Notes: a model not told the origin generated them from the sequence alone. DNA of 63,884 nucleotides, filler included, from Choristocarpus tenellus KU-1152 (GCA_964200185.2; 12 parts of 12 records of this genome joined end to end with filler, not necessarily neighbours in it), one strand, 5' to 3'. Positions 34,762-48,984 are shown, counted from the whole stretch's first letter. Made by a program: numbers and translations.

Positions 34762-36826
34762 TTTTCCCATCTCTCGGTCTCCTCAGTTTGATAGTGGGGG
34801 TTCCATGGTTCAATTATTCTGTCGACAGATATTACTACTCAAATGATCCCACACGAAAAATAAGAGATATATGGAAGAAGTTGAGGAACTAAGTGTGGAT
34901 TGGATAAAAGAGTTACATTTTAAGGATATTGAGAAAGGGCAGTAAGATGTAATATTGTACCATTGTAGAAAGGCCCTCTCCTGGACTATGGTGTCACTTT
35001 ATGCATGGAAAGAGGAAGAAAAAATTGCATACACTATTCTGCACAAAAGCGATAAATAGAGTGTAGTGCACAAAGTAAGAAAGATGACTCTTAATGCAAT
35101 AGGGTCCGAACCTACCTACCTCTCACTTGGTTTGACTTATACCGCCAGGCTCTGCACCTTTCTGACCTAAGACAACACAACTTCACACATTCAGCATGAT
35201 CCCCAACATCTGAAGCCAATCTGGGTTACCCATAGCTAGAGATCATTTCCTCACCTAGCAATCAAGTATCCATCTTTAGCTCTGCCATAAATAACTCCGG
35301 ACTTCACTTTTCACACAACAATGGAGCGCCACTACCATATTAAGAAGGCAAGCAGCCAAGGGGAGTAGAGCACTAACATGTTTTGATGTCTTGTCTCTTT
35401 GGATTGCGTTTGGAAACTCAAGGAAGATATTGTAAGCCTCAAAACCTAATGTTGTAAAGATTGCCATTGGTACAACTCATACAGCTGTCCAGTCAAACCA
35501 ATGGAGAGGTAGGAAGGTTTGGACCCTTTTGCATTCTAAGCCATCTTTCTTACCCAATTGCAATACAGTCTATGTCATTGCTTAATGTGCACAATAGTGT
35601 ACACAGAATTGATACACTACGTTTCCACACACAATGTGACACCACAATTGAGCAAACGCTTGAAATACTCCAGATCTCATTCTAACTAAATTGAGCAAGT
35701 GTTTAACATCCTGAGCACTTTGCAACGGCGACAAGGATAGGGTCAAGGCAAGTAGACGGTATGTGATCCCATTCCAAATCTACATCAATATTCTGTCCCA
35801 AATGCAACAGCTCCTCATTATCTACATCACAAAGGGACATTATCACCATTCGAGCAGTGCATGACAATTGCAACCCCAATGATATAGGACAAAAAAGGAT
35901 GGCACGAAGTGGGTATGCTTCTGTGATTCCACATTAAAAAAATCAATTTGAAGTACAAGAAATTATAGGAGATGGGGAATGTTTAAGCATCCTGTGGGGG
36001 AGGAAAGTGTTACAAGGAACAAATCCACTGCTACAAGAAGATCGAGTGCCACACAACATGCACCTGTTGTTCCTTACTCAACAAAATGATCTATTCTATG
36101 TCCACCAAACATAATATGAACAGCCCTACAGAGTACTGAGAACCTCCCAAGGTCCTTCACTCCAGACACAGGTCAGAGGGTTCATTTGCAGAACTGATGT
36201 TTACTGTGCAGACAATGATCTAACCAACCATGTAACTAATACAAAACTACCTTCCTATGACAAAACAAGAATGGTATGTGCATGCGTGAGACAAAAACAC
36301 AGGCCTCAGAACCCTAGGCATCACCTGAAGATACATTTGGCCACTGTTAAGCAAGGCAAAACTTGCTAAAGTAGTGGCTGAAGAAGGGAAGCAAAATGAT
36401 AACAAGAAATAACAAACACCTATTATTAACATAAAACACAAACAAGAATAAGAACACACAAGATCGAAAGATGGGCATTGGGCAGCGTGGAGACTAATGC
36501 GCAGGCATGCACCTATTGAATACATCACACCCTTAGTCAAGTGGAATTCCAGTTGATTTTGAACTAGTCCCTTACCCTAGCACAACCATCACACACCTCT
36601 AAGAACAGACCACGGCAGTAAATACTGTCAAAACAACAATGAGAAGGACATCGTAACATGTACCAAAATTCCTTAGTATGTAATGCATTCTTGCCCCACT
36701 GTCAGTGGCAAGTTCCGGGGGTTCACCCCCCTCTAACGATAAAAAGTGGTAACATCTACCTATGTCTCCCTTCCACCCCGCCACAACACTCTTCACAGAA
36801 TCAACAAGTACCACACTACTGTGCAC

Positions 36827-37280
36827 CTACGGGAAGAATGAAGGTAGTGAATGCACCGGTTCAACATTCATATCCCATGAAGCACTTTTTTCACCAGGAA
36901 CACTACCATCACCACCACCATTAATGCCATCACTGGGTAGAATAGATGCATCCATCGGACAAGAGGGCTCTATCTTTACCTTGGGTTGCTCTGAGTTGGG
37001 GTCAGCCAAGACTCTGGTGATTGGAATAAAATCGGGGACGGTCTTCACGAACTTACCAAACTTTCGAGGTCGTTGCCGTGCAGCTTTGGGTCGTGATCTT
37101 GAGGGAGAAATGTCCCTTGTATGATCAGCGAAACGGCGACGAGAACGCTTCCGCAGGTACTTTTCAATGGCGGCCCTCCGTCTCGCCTGCCTGAAAATAT
37201 CCTTGTGAGAGTCGGCATCGCGCAGCAACACCTTCCCCCCATCTCCAATGCCAGTGGCGTTGTCCATTCTGTCTCTCAAC
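36827..37280 (-). CDS. Terminal exon of a CCT-domain protein
   Basis: RRAAIEKYLRKRSRRRF..TR..SR.KAARQRPRKFGKFVK matches the CCT (CONSTANS/CO-like/TOC1) motif; TAG acceptor at 37283-37281. Confidence 0.8.
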
Positions 37281-37317
37281 CTATCAGCCCCCCCCCCCGC
37301 CCCCTTGTCGATATCAT

Positions 37318-37417
37318 NNNNNNNNNNNNNNNNNNNNNNNNNNNNNNNNNNNNNNNNNNNNTTAATTAATTAANNNNNNNNNNNNNNNNNNNNNNNNNNN
37401 NNNNNNNNNNNNNNNNN
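37318..37417. other. Artificial contig linker
   Basis: 44N-TTAATTAATTAA-44N. Confidence 0.98.
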
Positions 37418-38210
37418 CTATAGTAATACCACTCTAGGTGTAATGAGAGTACAAAGGGGGGGGGGGGGGGGGGGGGCAAAATCTTAACAGGAACTACCAG
37501 GTTCAATGAGTGTCCACCCTGACATTCTATCCCATTACTGTCACTTCTACCTACAATCTCTCCAATTAACAACTGGACTTGTACAACACTATACACACTG
37601 CACACTGCACTCTGCACAAATTTCCAGTATATGGGAAAGCGGCACTGTCCCTGAAAAAAATAAAAACACACAAAGAAAGAAAAAAAGACACAGACCAGCC
37701 CCATCGTACTACTGCACCAACAGTGCATTTCCAACCCTTAACCATACCCCTACCTCTTCGAAATGCTCCTCTGGGGTGGCCAGCACATCCACCACATCAC
37801 CCCCTGCCCCCTGCACAAGCTGCAAGGCCATCAGAGATGCCCATTTTTCGTGTTGAATATTGCACGGACCTCTCCGTCTTCACTACTACTAGTACCAGTA
37901 CCAGTACCAGCCGGTAGCTTGGTTGTGACAGTGAGTGTCCCCAGGCGCTTGTTCTCGTGTACCTCCTGGGTACTATGGACGATGGTTATGACACTCTCTT
38001 CCTCCTTGCTTTGGTTGTGTGCAGCACCAGCTTTAGCTTCAAAGGCTGCTGGCATCTGATACATACCCATACATACATTTTTTTGATCAGCCGCATGTGT
38101 AAAATTCACCAAACACAGCATATAGTACATAGACATGCGCCAAAAACAACACACAGACGAAGGAGTGTGGATATTAATAATTAACCAAGGGATAGAGGGA
38201 AGGTTGGAGT

Positions 38211-38389
38211 GACCCAGGGTATCTGGGGGGGGGGGTTCTACACCAGGATGTCATTATTTAGGTCAAAATAAGGAAAAGTGCATCTACATTATCCATCTGA
38301 CGTATGCAACCAAATCGCACAAAAATCGCGACATGAAAAAAATGACCCCAAATGAACGGCCACCACCACCCCCCCAGATACTTTGAGCC
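38211..38389 (+). mobile_element. MITE family B
   Basis: Full copy; TSD AGT/AGT. Confidence 0.85.
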
Positions 38390-38994
38390 AGTACAGTCTC
38401 GGTACGATTTAAGGTACAGTCAAAGAAGGGTATTGAATTTTGTACATCACGCTCACTGTAGGTGGTCTCATCATCGTTAACAAAAGATTGGAGGGACAAA
38501 AGGTATTAGGGTGGGCTGTTTGAAGTGTTAGGGTTAGGAAAGATTGGAAGACAAAGATGACTTTGTATAGAGCCAACCCTGCTTATGAAGCACGGAGCAA
38601 CTTCGCTATGACCTTTGACAAGATTGAGATTAACTGTTCCACAGGGAAAATCCACTCACTGCCTATGCTCATCCCAAGGGGAGCAGGTGCTTGCAAGATG
38701 CTAATATATCTTTAGTATATATCATGAGAACTGGTACTCTTAGCACCAATATCTGGGGGAGAAAACTTGAGTTTTGCAAGGCTACTAATACCAGATGCAC
38801 TCCACTTGTAGGAACTGGACTTTTTTTTGTTAATTAATAATACTATTGCAGTTACACTTGTACATAGACATCATACATTTAACTTTTTTTCCTCATTCTA
38901 GGGGTTATATGGGATATGTGAAGTACTGAGCAGCACACACACAAGAAGCCTCACTGATGAAAGGTAGTCTATATGCAAGAATTCAGAGCGCAAA

Positions 38995-39482
38995 TGTTAC
39001 AGGCGAATAGCACGAGCATTTCTTTCCGCGTGCCAACATGCGCGAACAGTATACATACGTAAGAATTCATACAAGAAGAACGTTGAAATGATAACAAGAC
39101 CCGGAGTAAGATTTGAGATGCATACATTACCTCACGGAATAGACGTTAAATCCCTGGAAGTTGCAGAAAAGTTTTGTAATTTGAATACGTAGACAACAAC
39201 TTGAAGATGTCTTTTGACTTAATAGTCTGAAGAGGTCGGGCGAATGATGAAAATATGAGAAGGGCTTTTGGATGAGATTATCCTTACCTCTTCAAATCAG
39301 TCTTGATCTTGAACGAAACATTGAGTCGGGCTTTGAGCTACGTACTGAGTGGAGTATCGAGAGAAGGCTGTCTGACGCCCAAAAAAATGTTTTTAAAGGC
39401 AACGCCTCTATAGCGTCGTTCTAAGGTCGTTGGATTTGAGTTGTACATCCTGTGGAGGTGAGCTCTGGTGCACGCTGTAACA
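38995..39482 (-). mobile_element. Family C element (488 bp)
   Basis: TGTTACAGGCG...GCTGTAACA; TSD CAAA/CAAA; both ends homologous to 639-1231. Confidence 0.8.
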
Positions 39483-40859
39483 CAAATATAGGTTACTATT
39501 GTTACTACTATTGCACACCTCTAATATGATATTGGACCTTGCTTTTTTGTTTTCAGCTACTCGACCCATACTACAGTAGAATATATTTTACGGTACCGTG
39601 TGCCACTGCAGCAACACAGGAACAATGTCTCTAAAATACACTCCTATCGTAGAAGAAGGGATAATATTTGCCATTCCTTTTCTACAACACCGATATGGGG
39701 GGTATTACTTTTCTCACAGTTCAGAGAACGAGGTAGGCAGAGCAGGGGGAGAGGGCACAGAAAATAAGGGGGGGGAAGGCAATGATTTAGAAGCGACAGA
39801 AAACGAAACTGGAGCATCGGGTGTTGGATACAAGAGTACAGATTATTGTAAGTGTAGATAGTAGGAAGGAACAAAAAACTCCGTCCACAAAGAAAGGAGA
39901 AGAACCAGTTGGGGGGCAATCTGATACCTATGTTAGTGTACAGTGTCAATATTGGACTCGTTGGCTGTTTGTTTGCTATTTTGTTCGGTCCTTAGCCAAC
40001 TACCCCCCCCTTCTTAATATCCTGGTAGTCCTTTTTAATATAATCAGTGATCAACCCTTTAAATAAAGATAATAAAAGTTAGCGATTCATTGATATAGGC
40101 TTGACTACTCATCAGGTGTAGTCAACTGCATTCGTTTCAGAACATCGAGCCCACATCATCCCAACTAGGAGAGTCTAGCTCGGTGCTGCAACATTAACAC
40201 ATGTTGAGACCTCCCACTACTGGCGAGGAACGGATGAGTTGGTCTTACGATGCATTTGAGGATATGGTAGTGCACTGACAAGCGTTTAACAAGTCAATAG
40301 AACAGCAATATTGGGGGACCAGCCGTATGTGATGGACTACTATATTTAGAGAACCAAGCTAAGCAAGGGACTGCTTAATATTTCAATAAGGACACAATGG
40401 GCAAGAGTTGCGCCAGCACATTGAGGAGGAGTTAATAATGAAAATGAAGTTTACAAGAGGTGAAGGGAGATTTATATGAGCAATTCACGACCTCTCCATC
40501 TCCTCTTTGAGCAGCTGGTTGAGTCGCAACAATGCCTGGGAGTCTTTTGTTAGGCATTCTATTATTTTGGATATTTGATCATCACACTAGTCTAGAGACA
40601 CTAGACCCCTGGTCAAGAAGGTAATCTAAATAAGGCAAAATACACTCAATGAGAAGACATTAAGGACAAAAAAAATAAAAGCAAGAGATCGGAAGAATTA
40701 AGAAAAGAGAAAGAAAAGAAAGAGAGAGATCCTGGAAGTGAAAAAACACTACTTCCTCTGGACCAAACTAAAGTTTAGAATTGGAATAGCAGAAATATAG
40801 TCTGGGATTGGGTCAGTATACACTTTGGGCTTTGCACTTCACCTCGCAGACAGGAGATT

Positions 40860-42200
40860 TCTTACCACCATAAACATGGTACTTCTGACACTCCCTGCAA
40901 AAAAAAAACACTTCTCATACAGATGGACGATATTTTCGGAATGGTGGAAGCTCTTCGAGCCTTCAACTTCCTTGATGACCCAGTATGTCGCACACCTCAG
41001 CCTTTGTAGCTTGCTCTCGGCAGTAAGAAACGGATTAAGATAGGTTGAACACGACCTTAACCAAGCTTGTCCATGTTGTCACATGGAGTAGATACGGAAT
41101 ACACACTTGAGCTAACAAGGATGCACTGCATCTCTAAGGTCATTGGCGTTGATCATGTTATTCAAACAGTCCACTGTTTGCTAACACGGCTTCCTCCTTT
41201 GACAGTTGAATCTCAGCCATGGTCCAGAAGTTCAAGATGTTTTCTATCTTAATATATTAATTATCGATGTAGCAGTTGTTTCTAAACCACACCCACAACA
41301 GTATGTTGAAGAGCTTTGCACAGGAAAGGCTCGTCTTCAAAGGCTGCTGGTAGGTTACTTGGTAACATACACTGGTTTATTCATTATTCGGCAACCTTTG
41401 TCTTTAGTCATCCATTATCACTGTATCACTGATATATGACTAAAAAATATATATGGAGTTTTCATTGGTTTCCCCCTGACACATCTGCAAAATGTCAGAG
41501 GGCATAATAATATAATATATATGACCAAAGACTGACTCATCATATCGATACATACGTTATTAATTGTATTGTACCGATAAACGTACATGAAACGGTGTTA
41601 TATACTTGTGTCACCTCACACAGCGTAAGTATAACACTAGTTATTCGAAACAGTAGACCCTTCAATTGGAACTCGAAGCTAGGTTGAGATTGGAAGTGAT
41701 TATGTAGGACTTTCTCTTGACCACCTGTAAACATATAGAACAACCCTCTACTACAGAAGTCTAGAAACATTCCCAAAATCTCTATCCTTACACTTTGTAG
41801 TTTGCAGTTTGGAAAACAGTAAACAGTGAGATCTGGAATTATTCCAGGAATCCACAGTATCTTACAAGATCTGATTTATGTTCAACACATGTAATGTACT
41901 ACAACAAACACCCTATTAATAAGTCTTTGTGAGTTCCTCTCAACATGAACAACTTTACGGTCAGAGGCCTCCGCTCGTTGCATACCAATGTTGGGATCTT
42001 TAACACCAGCGTCCTCTTGGATGTTGTAGACCTTCCAAAGTCTTGAGATGGTCAGGGTTTTGCTCTCAAACATCTCGGCAACTTCGTTGATGTCGCCGTG
42101 ATGTGAGTCTTTGTTGCTTCCCTGAAGCAGTTCTTCTGTAGTCACTTTATTTTTTCAACCAGCATCAGGTTTTTTCTTTTGGCAATCTCGCACGTCTTTT
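40860..42200 (-). mobile_element. Decayed DD39D (plant-mariner-like) Tc1/mariner transposase in two pieces (42200-41950 and 41060-40860)
   Basis: HTH-like ELL..S...HG.I.EVA.MF.....ISRLW, then PFLTAESKLQRL..F...ENIVHLYEKCF (compare VHxDEKWF). Confidence 0.65.
41441..41516 (-). repeat. Family D copy flanked by 9-bp direct repeat ATATATGAC
   Basis: atatatgac at 41432-41440 and 41517-41525; internal hairpin ctgaca...tgtcag. Confidence 0.7.
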
Positions 42201-43484
42201 TATCCATGCATGCACCTAGTAGTGCGTGACTGGAAGGGCTTTGTCTACGGATTTCAAATCAAAGGTTATGGCTTTTTACCCTTTTTCCCAAAAAATTACA
42301 AATTAATCAAATCAAGTGAGAGGTAGACGAGGTTGTGTTTGCAAGGATCCCGAGAAAGGACAAAATTACGCCCTTTTTTGCAATTGCAGAAAGAGCCTTT
42401 GCTGAATTGTTTTATCGCTTTGTGTGTGGAAAGGGGGATTATCAATTTCACGTATACCACTGTGCACACCATGCAGTAAAATGGAGTAATAATTCGTTCA
42501 AGGAAGTGGGTTATATATATACCATGTTCAAATCTCCAATCTAAACTATATTTTGCCTTGGAGAAAGTACTACCCCAAAATAACGTAACATACGAGGGGA
42601 AGAGAACAGAGAAAGGAACTACAGATGGAAGAAAAATTAACAAAAAGGAGGAAAGCACCATTCAAAATACAAAACAGTAATGGAGATGGTGTTGGTGATT
42701 TGATAGACCCTAGTTGCAGCTCTAGCATGGCGTACATTAGCTATCATGACTTTCTTGGAGTACCACTCTGCCATGGAGTTCGTAATGCCGACAGCCACAC
42801 ACTCATAACACTTCTTCTGTTCCTCAGACGCCCTAATGCTCTAACCCTCGACACCTTAATCCCGAACTACTCAAGGTCATTGTGGAGGCACACCCACCAT
42901 TTTTTTCTCCTCTTCACTCTGCTTCTGTCTTCCTATCGGAAGCTCCCCGGACATCAGCACCACAGGAAGTTGATCATCCCCCCCATGCGTGCAACTGACC
43001 CAAAATAGGAGTTTTCACTTTTGCACCTTTCCCTCGATACTCCCACATCCATGCTTTACAGGCGGATCTTTGTAGGACAGGACATGATCATAACATTCCC
43101 GTTTCTGCAGAGGAGGGATTTACAATGATGAGAACGAGCTTCATGCAATGAATCTGGCCGACTGTCCATCTCATACAATCATATAATATTCAACCGCCTC
43201 AGCCTTGAGCATTGGAACCTTAAGCTCAAGTGGATACACCTAACGTCCTGTCATAGAGCACTTGACTCCATTTACGAAAACAACTCCAAGCTTTCTCGAT
43301 CCTCCCAGTAATGTCAACAGCGATACCATGGCTTCGTCATGGTGGTGCCTCCAATAATGGACCATATGAAGGGAATATATCGACACCATGCCTACCCCCC
43401 TCTCCTCCCCCTCCTGTTGTCTCATAACAAACTACACAGATAGTAGGGCCATAAAGCACTCCACAGCACTCCGCAGCACTACAA

Positions 43485-43661
43485 GACCCAAAGTATCTGT
43501 GGGGGGGGGTCTACACCAGGGTGTCCATTTGGACCAAAATATGGAAAAGCGCATTTACTTTATCCAGCCGAAGTATGCAACCCAATCACCCAGAAATCGC
43601 GACATGAAGAAGTTGACCCCAAACGGACAGCCGTCACACACACCCCTAGATACTTTGAGCC
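43485..43661 (+). mobile_element. MITE family B
   Basis: Full copy; flanks ACAA/ACAC. Confidence 0.85.
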
Positions 43662-44415
43662 ACACAATGATACAATAGTGGCATTATAGCCTATTGCAGA
43701 GTGCTGTGATCGGCAGAGATTAATAGAAGATGCATAGAGATTAAAATACAACAGTGGAGTATTTCCGATATACTGAAGGCAGTCTTCCTGGTGCCAAGGC
43801 AAAAGTATAGCAAAGCTCTTTCTAGTACAGGGGGGTTGAGGTAGGTTGCTCCATCCACAATCACACATAAAACTACATTACTGATACTTCCAGGGTTGGT
43901 TTGTGGGTCAATTGCCCCCTTTTCAACTGCCAGCCTCGATCATGCCTCTTTGTTTCGTGACTGGAACCTTCCCAGAGCCATCTCCTACAGAAAGTTCATT
44001 TCGACACCATTTCTGTACAGAGTACAATGAACCTTAACCATTGCCACGTGGAGGTGCCGTTGGGTGAGCCTGTAATATCCTTCCTGTATTCGTCAATGGC
44101 CGTACCCAATGAAACTCTAGTACTTGGTTAAGGCGTATACGAAGAGGAAAACATCACACTCTTTGACAATAATTCCTTGCGGGTGCATGATCTCAACATG
44201 CAACCCGTGCAATACTCCCAGTTTTAAGACTTTCTGTCCTGAAGATTAGGAATAAGTCATTCTCGATTGGAATGATCGTGCATGGTCTGTCCTCTGTACA
44301 TTTCATTGCCTTCTTCAACAATGAGATCAACATGTCCATCGCTCTATTACTTCATGCATGAAGACATAATGTTTGGATGTCCTTCCTATATCATTGGTGG
44401 AGAGAGGCAAAGCAT

Positions 44416-44489
44416 GAGCCAAAGTATCTTAGAGAGTAGAGCCGCGTCCATTTGGGGGTCAAAATACAATGTTGCGATTTTGATGCAAT
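44416..44489 (+). mobile_element. MITE family A, truncated by contig end
   Basis: gagccaaagtatcttagagagtagagccgcgtccatttgggg. Confidence 0.85.
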
Positions 44490-44589
44490 NNNNNNNNNNN
44501 NNNNNNNNNNNNNNNNNNNNNNNNNNNNNNNNNTTAATTAATTAANNNNNNNNNNNNNNNNNNNNNNNNNNNNNNNNNNNNNNNNNNNN
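44490..44589. other. Artificial contig linker
   Basis: 44N-TTAATTAATTAA-44N. Confidence 0.98.
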
Positions 44590-47550
44590 GCTTGATTTTG
44601 TGGGGTTTTGTTAGCGAGCGCGGGGCGCAAAGCGGGCGGGGGGGGGGGGGGGGGGGGGTTGTTGTACATGCAAGAAGAGCTACAACAACAAGTGAAGGAG
44701 AGCAGCAACCATGGTAGAATTTAGGGACCACTCGAGCAGAAGTAGATATTTTTTAATACAGGAGGGCCACTGGTGTGATAAGGAAGTGGAGATGTACTTG
44801 TGAAAATTCGTCTCTAACAATGATTACAAGGAGGATAAAGCCCTTTGAGAAATGATTGGGTGAAGAGATTTTTAATTAATGCTGTTTTTTTTTAATACAA
44901 TTCTTTATTTATATTGTTTTTCCTTATGTTTTGCTAGAGAGGTTTCGATTTGCACTGTCAATACTCTACTACTACCATGACTACATTCTGTAATTTTCTC
45001 ATTGAAAGTATACATGAGGTATGTCAATGTATTAGTATATATGGTTTACTCCTGTATGCTTGTTGTGTAGGATATTTGTGTACATACAGGCCAATTAAGT
45101 GGGCATGACATCTAATGCATACATCCACCTCTCATTTAAAACTTTCACAGCAGTACCAGTAGTGGGAAGAAGGCATGGTCATCTTCTGGAAGTGTGCTTC
45201 TTTCTCCCTAGCCCTGAGAAAGAGAAGAGTATACAGTATACTTCAAGGTATTAGTAGAATGGTAGTAGGATGGTGCCAACATAGACAAGATGGAGGTTTC
45301 GAAGCGAGCGCATTTTATTGGGTTACTGTTTTAATATTTGGCATTCAGGCTAAGATACATGCTATTGTAGGCTGCTCTCTTTATCACCTTCCTTAACCTT
45401 ATTATGATGGATTTTATTATCTGCAATTGAAAACATACACACCGCCTTGTTCATATATTTTTTTCCTCACCAAATGGAAAAGCAAAAACAACCCTTTTTG
45501 CAACAACAATATTATTAGTAATGTTTTATGTTACTTACGTTACTGAGTCGTAAAAAAAAGTCACTTTCAACAAGCCCCACATGATACATGCAAGAAGTGA
45601 TAGGATAACTTTACTAGAACAGACCCGAAGAGCAAGAATTAGGGTGTGATGGAATAAATGGGTGCCTGAATCCTTGAAAAACTAAGACCTAAGCACTTGC
45701 TCAACAACATACTAACGGTATGACTTAAGCAACATTTGTATTAACTAATATTAATGGAGCATTTAACTTGTGCCCACAGACATCCTCAAACAGTCAAGCC
45801 CCAATGACTCCTGAGTGCTAATCAATGAAGTTTTTTTTTTATTGTTGCTGTAAAAATCTTGATTCACCACTGGAGGTGGAACAGAAAGACTGCCTTAGCT
45901 TAACTGTGCACAAAGCACTTTCACACCTTCAAAATGATTTGATGGAAGGATGGAGGCCCTGAACCCCTTGAATTTAATGTTTATATGTTTTACAATCATC
46001 ATCGGTCTGATTGCAGTGTATCTAACCCTCCTTAACAGAAGTATGGGAGTGGGGTTATTGTCAGTATGATCTGGTAGCCAATACTATGTGTACTTGGTGA
46101 CTCTGAACCAGAATCTCCAATAGGGATGTCAATTCAGGACCTTTCGAGTGTAACGACCTTGAAAATATTCTGCCTGACACCCCCATTCAAATGCAGTAAA
46201 TGCAGCTAACTCCCATCAGGAGGCTGTTGAAGTACAAGAAGAGATCAGCAATCGTCCATGCAACCAGAAAAACGCCCTCCAAGGTGCTTGAAGTGCATGG
46301 TACCAGTTGGCAGTCATACAAGTCACAAAAACTAAACGGTACCCCCTCTAGGGTACTATTAATGCGGCCTCTTATGGTGGGAAGGTTTCCTTCCATCCTA
46401 GGACCAATTTCTATCTATTTTTGCATGACCACTTTCTCGACCTTTTCTTCAGTTATTGGAAATGTTTTCAATCACAACCTTCTACTAATCCGTATTTTCA
46501 GCAAGCAGGAAGTGGACCTTAGTGGCTCTGATTTTCAGCAGTAACCTGTTTACCTAAAGTACATCAACTGACCCACAAGGCAAGGGACCGAGTCTCACAC
46601 AAGCTAGGGACAAAATTGCTGTCATAATCAAACATGGTGCAAATTGCAGTAATCATTTCGGGTCATTTCACATTACTGCTATCATCGTATCAAAGTACCT
46701 CAACAGTGTGGTCTTGCAAAGAGAAGCAGTAACAGGAGTCCGGTGAAATGCTTTCCATGTGAGAGAGCATGTAACGTAATGCACACTTCATCAGACAATA
46801 AAAAATAAGAAAAAGTTCTAAATCCCTAATCCTAATCCTAAGGCACACTGCTAATGCACAGCTTTGCTAATAGGACAATGAGAGATGTCTAGTGAACGTC
46901 ACAAGGTCAGAACGAGTAAGTTGGGCGCAAAGTTGAGAAAATGTTCTACAACAAAATAGCATATGATTGCGTGCATCAGAGGTCAGAGGGCAAATGTCGC
47001 AAGCTTTGGAAGGACAAGGTGGGGTAGTTTAGAAAGGGCATGGGATTTCACACACTCTATACACATGCTAATGCATACTAGTATTGCACAGCCTGGCACA
47101 AGTGAACAAAGTTGTGGCCGATCTTGAGTCTAATGTGAAATCTGAACAATTGCACTAACACACGAAATAACTTGGATCAGACATCCCCTTAACTGGTTCC
47201 AGATGGTGGACCAACCTCAGCGCAACCACTAACCTGCCTGAAACCAATACAATTGTTCACATAATGTAGCTCATCACATTTCCTAAGACTTCGATAAAAA
47301 AAATCATGCAGCAGCAGCGTTCGGCACAAGGGCTCTGATAACGACATTCATTAGCACTAACCACCCCGCTCCATTACATGCACACAGGTAAAGTCTTCCT
47401 TCGTCCATTAGGGATATGACATCATTGTATAGGTCAAGGACACGAAGAGATGAGCCCACTGAATCAAATTCGGAGCTTACAAAAGCATAACAATTACTCT
47501 AGTCAAAGATTAGAAATCCTGGTTGAATTTGACGAGACAGCATGGGATGA

Positions 47551-48297
47551 TCAGTCTAGGTCACTGATCTGGTCTTCTCTATCAGCGCGGTTATCCTCGA
47601 GATACAAGAGTGGTATATGGAGCATTGCACGCTCGTGAGTGCTCTCCAGGACCACCTTGGGTGCTTTACCAGCATTAAATGCTTCTAACCATCGATCGGA
47701 GCGAAGACACCAGCGGTCGCCTGGTTTTAGACCCGGGAAATATCCATCTGGGGAAGTCAGGTCATCCCCCATCTTCCTAGAGTAGTCGAGAAAGTCGGAT
47801 GTCACTTCGCAGCACACACACTGTAGCAATGTATCGCGACTGCATGTTCTGCAATATCCGTCTCGTAACCAACCAGTATTCGGTCCGCCTATAAGGGAGC
47901 ACCTCTGGAGAGAAGTGCAAGAGGGGAAAATCAACTATTGGGGCATCCTCGAGAGACATGCATGATACTCAAAAGACATAAGAAAGGGTGCTAGGCGGTC
48001 CATCATGTAGCTCGACCGATCGTGTCTATTGTCTCAGCTAGCACATTAGTGCACGATGTCTTCTCTCTTTAGCTCTTCCGCATCACAGCTCTAGGAACTC
48101 GAGGTGGACTGAGTATCGTCCAACCACACGATCTGGATCTGAGTTGCACAACACTTCGGGCTATTCACCTTGAGAGGATTTTGATGTACGTTGAGAGCTC
48201 CTTCATCAATGGGGATCTCTGCCATGAGCACAAAACCTCTGGCACGCAAGAAGAAGAGTACTATCACAGCGGCCCATCTCCCAGGAGTGAAGATCAT
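47551..48297 (-). CDS. DUF2237-family protein with N-terminal signal/bipartite presequence; exons 48297-48169 and 47904-47551
   Basis: LNV..NPLK|RCS...PNTGWLRDGYC..D....VC..VT.DFL.YS...G.DLT.P..FPGLKPGDRWCL..RW.EA...GKAP.V.LE.TH; phase-0 GT-AG intron. Confidence 0.88.
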
Positions 48298-48512
48298 GGC
48301 GATCAACTGACACAATACCAAAGTTCAATCTCAATGAGGTTTGCATAATATCGGATGGGTGACCATCGTTTTTAATTGATCGATTGATCGGTTTACAGTT
48401 AAGTGAGCAGAAATACGATTTAAGGGTATAAAAAAGTAACATCATGTGGAAAGCATGTTTGTCTGTTATTATACCGTATTGCTCGTATGCCATATACCGT
48501 TATACCGTGGTA

Positions 48513-48612
48513 NNNNNNNNNNNNNNNNNNNNNNNNNNNNNNNNNNNNNNNNNNNNTTAATTAATTAANNNNNNNNNNNNNNNNNNNNNNNNNNNNNNNN
48601 NNNNNNNNNNNN
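48513..48612. other. Artificial contig linker
   Basis: 44N-TTAATTAATTAA-44N. Confidence 0.98.
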
Positions 48613-48680
48613 CGTTAATCTGTGAATTGGATTTGAGTTGTACATCCTGGAAAGGTGAGCATTGAGGGGCGCCTGTAGCA
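48613..48680 (-). mobile_element. Family C terminal fragment
   Basis: ttggatttgagttgtacatcctg...gaggggcgcctgtagca. Confidence 0.75.
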
Positions 48681-48984
48681 TTTCACTTGTTGCATACATT
48701 TACCCCCCTAAACAATGCGCCACGTACTTTGTGTAACCCTAACTCTACTGACCTTAACCCTAAGTACTCCCTCTGCACCATAGGTCTGTGCCATTAAGTT
48801 GAAGCTCTTGACTCCGATTACAAAACGAATTTTTGCAGTAGATTTCTTATTCTACATTGAAAAATGCAGTTTTATTTATATATATGTAAACATATTGTTG
48901 TAGGCGACTTGGCCTACTTCAACCTCTCTCTAACCAACCGTTCTTCCTGCTGCCTTTTTTTTGGTTCACGTGTGTTCTACCTAC

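Noticed and set aside
37742-38154. Exon-like minus-strand segment
   Set aside because: No single open frame between plausible splice sites and no recognisable family
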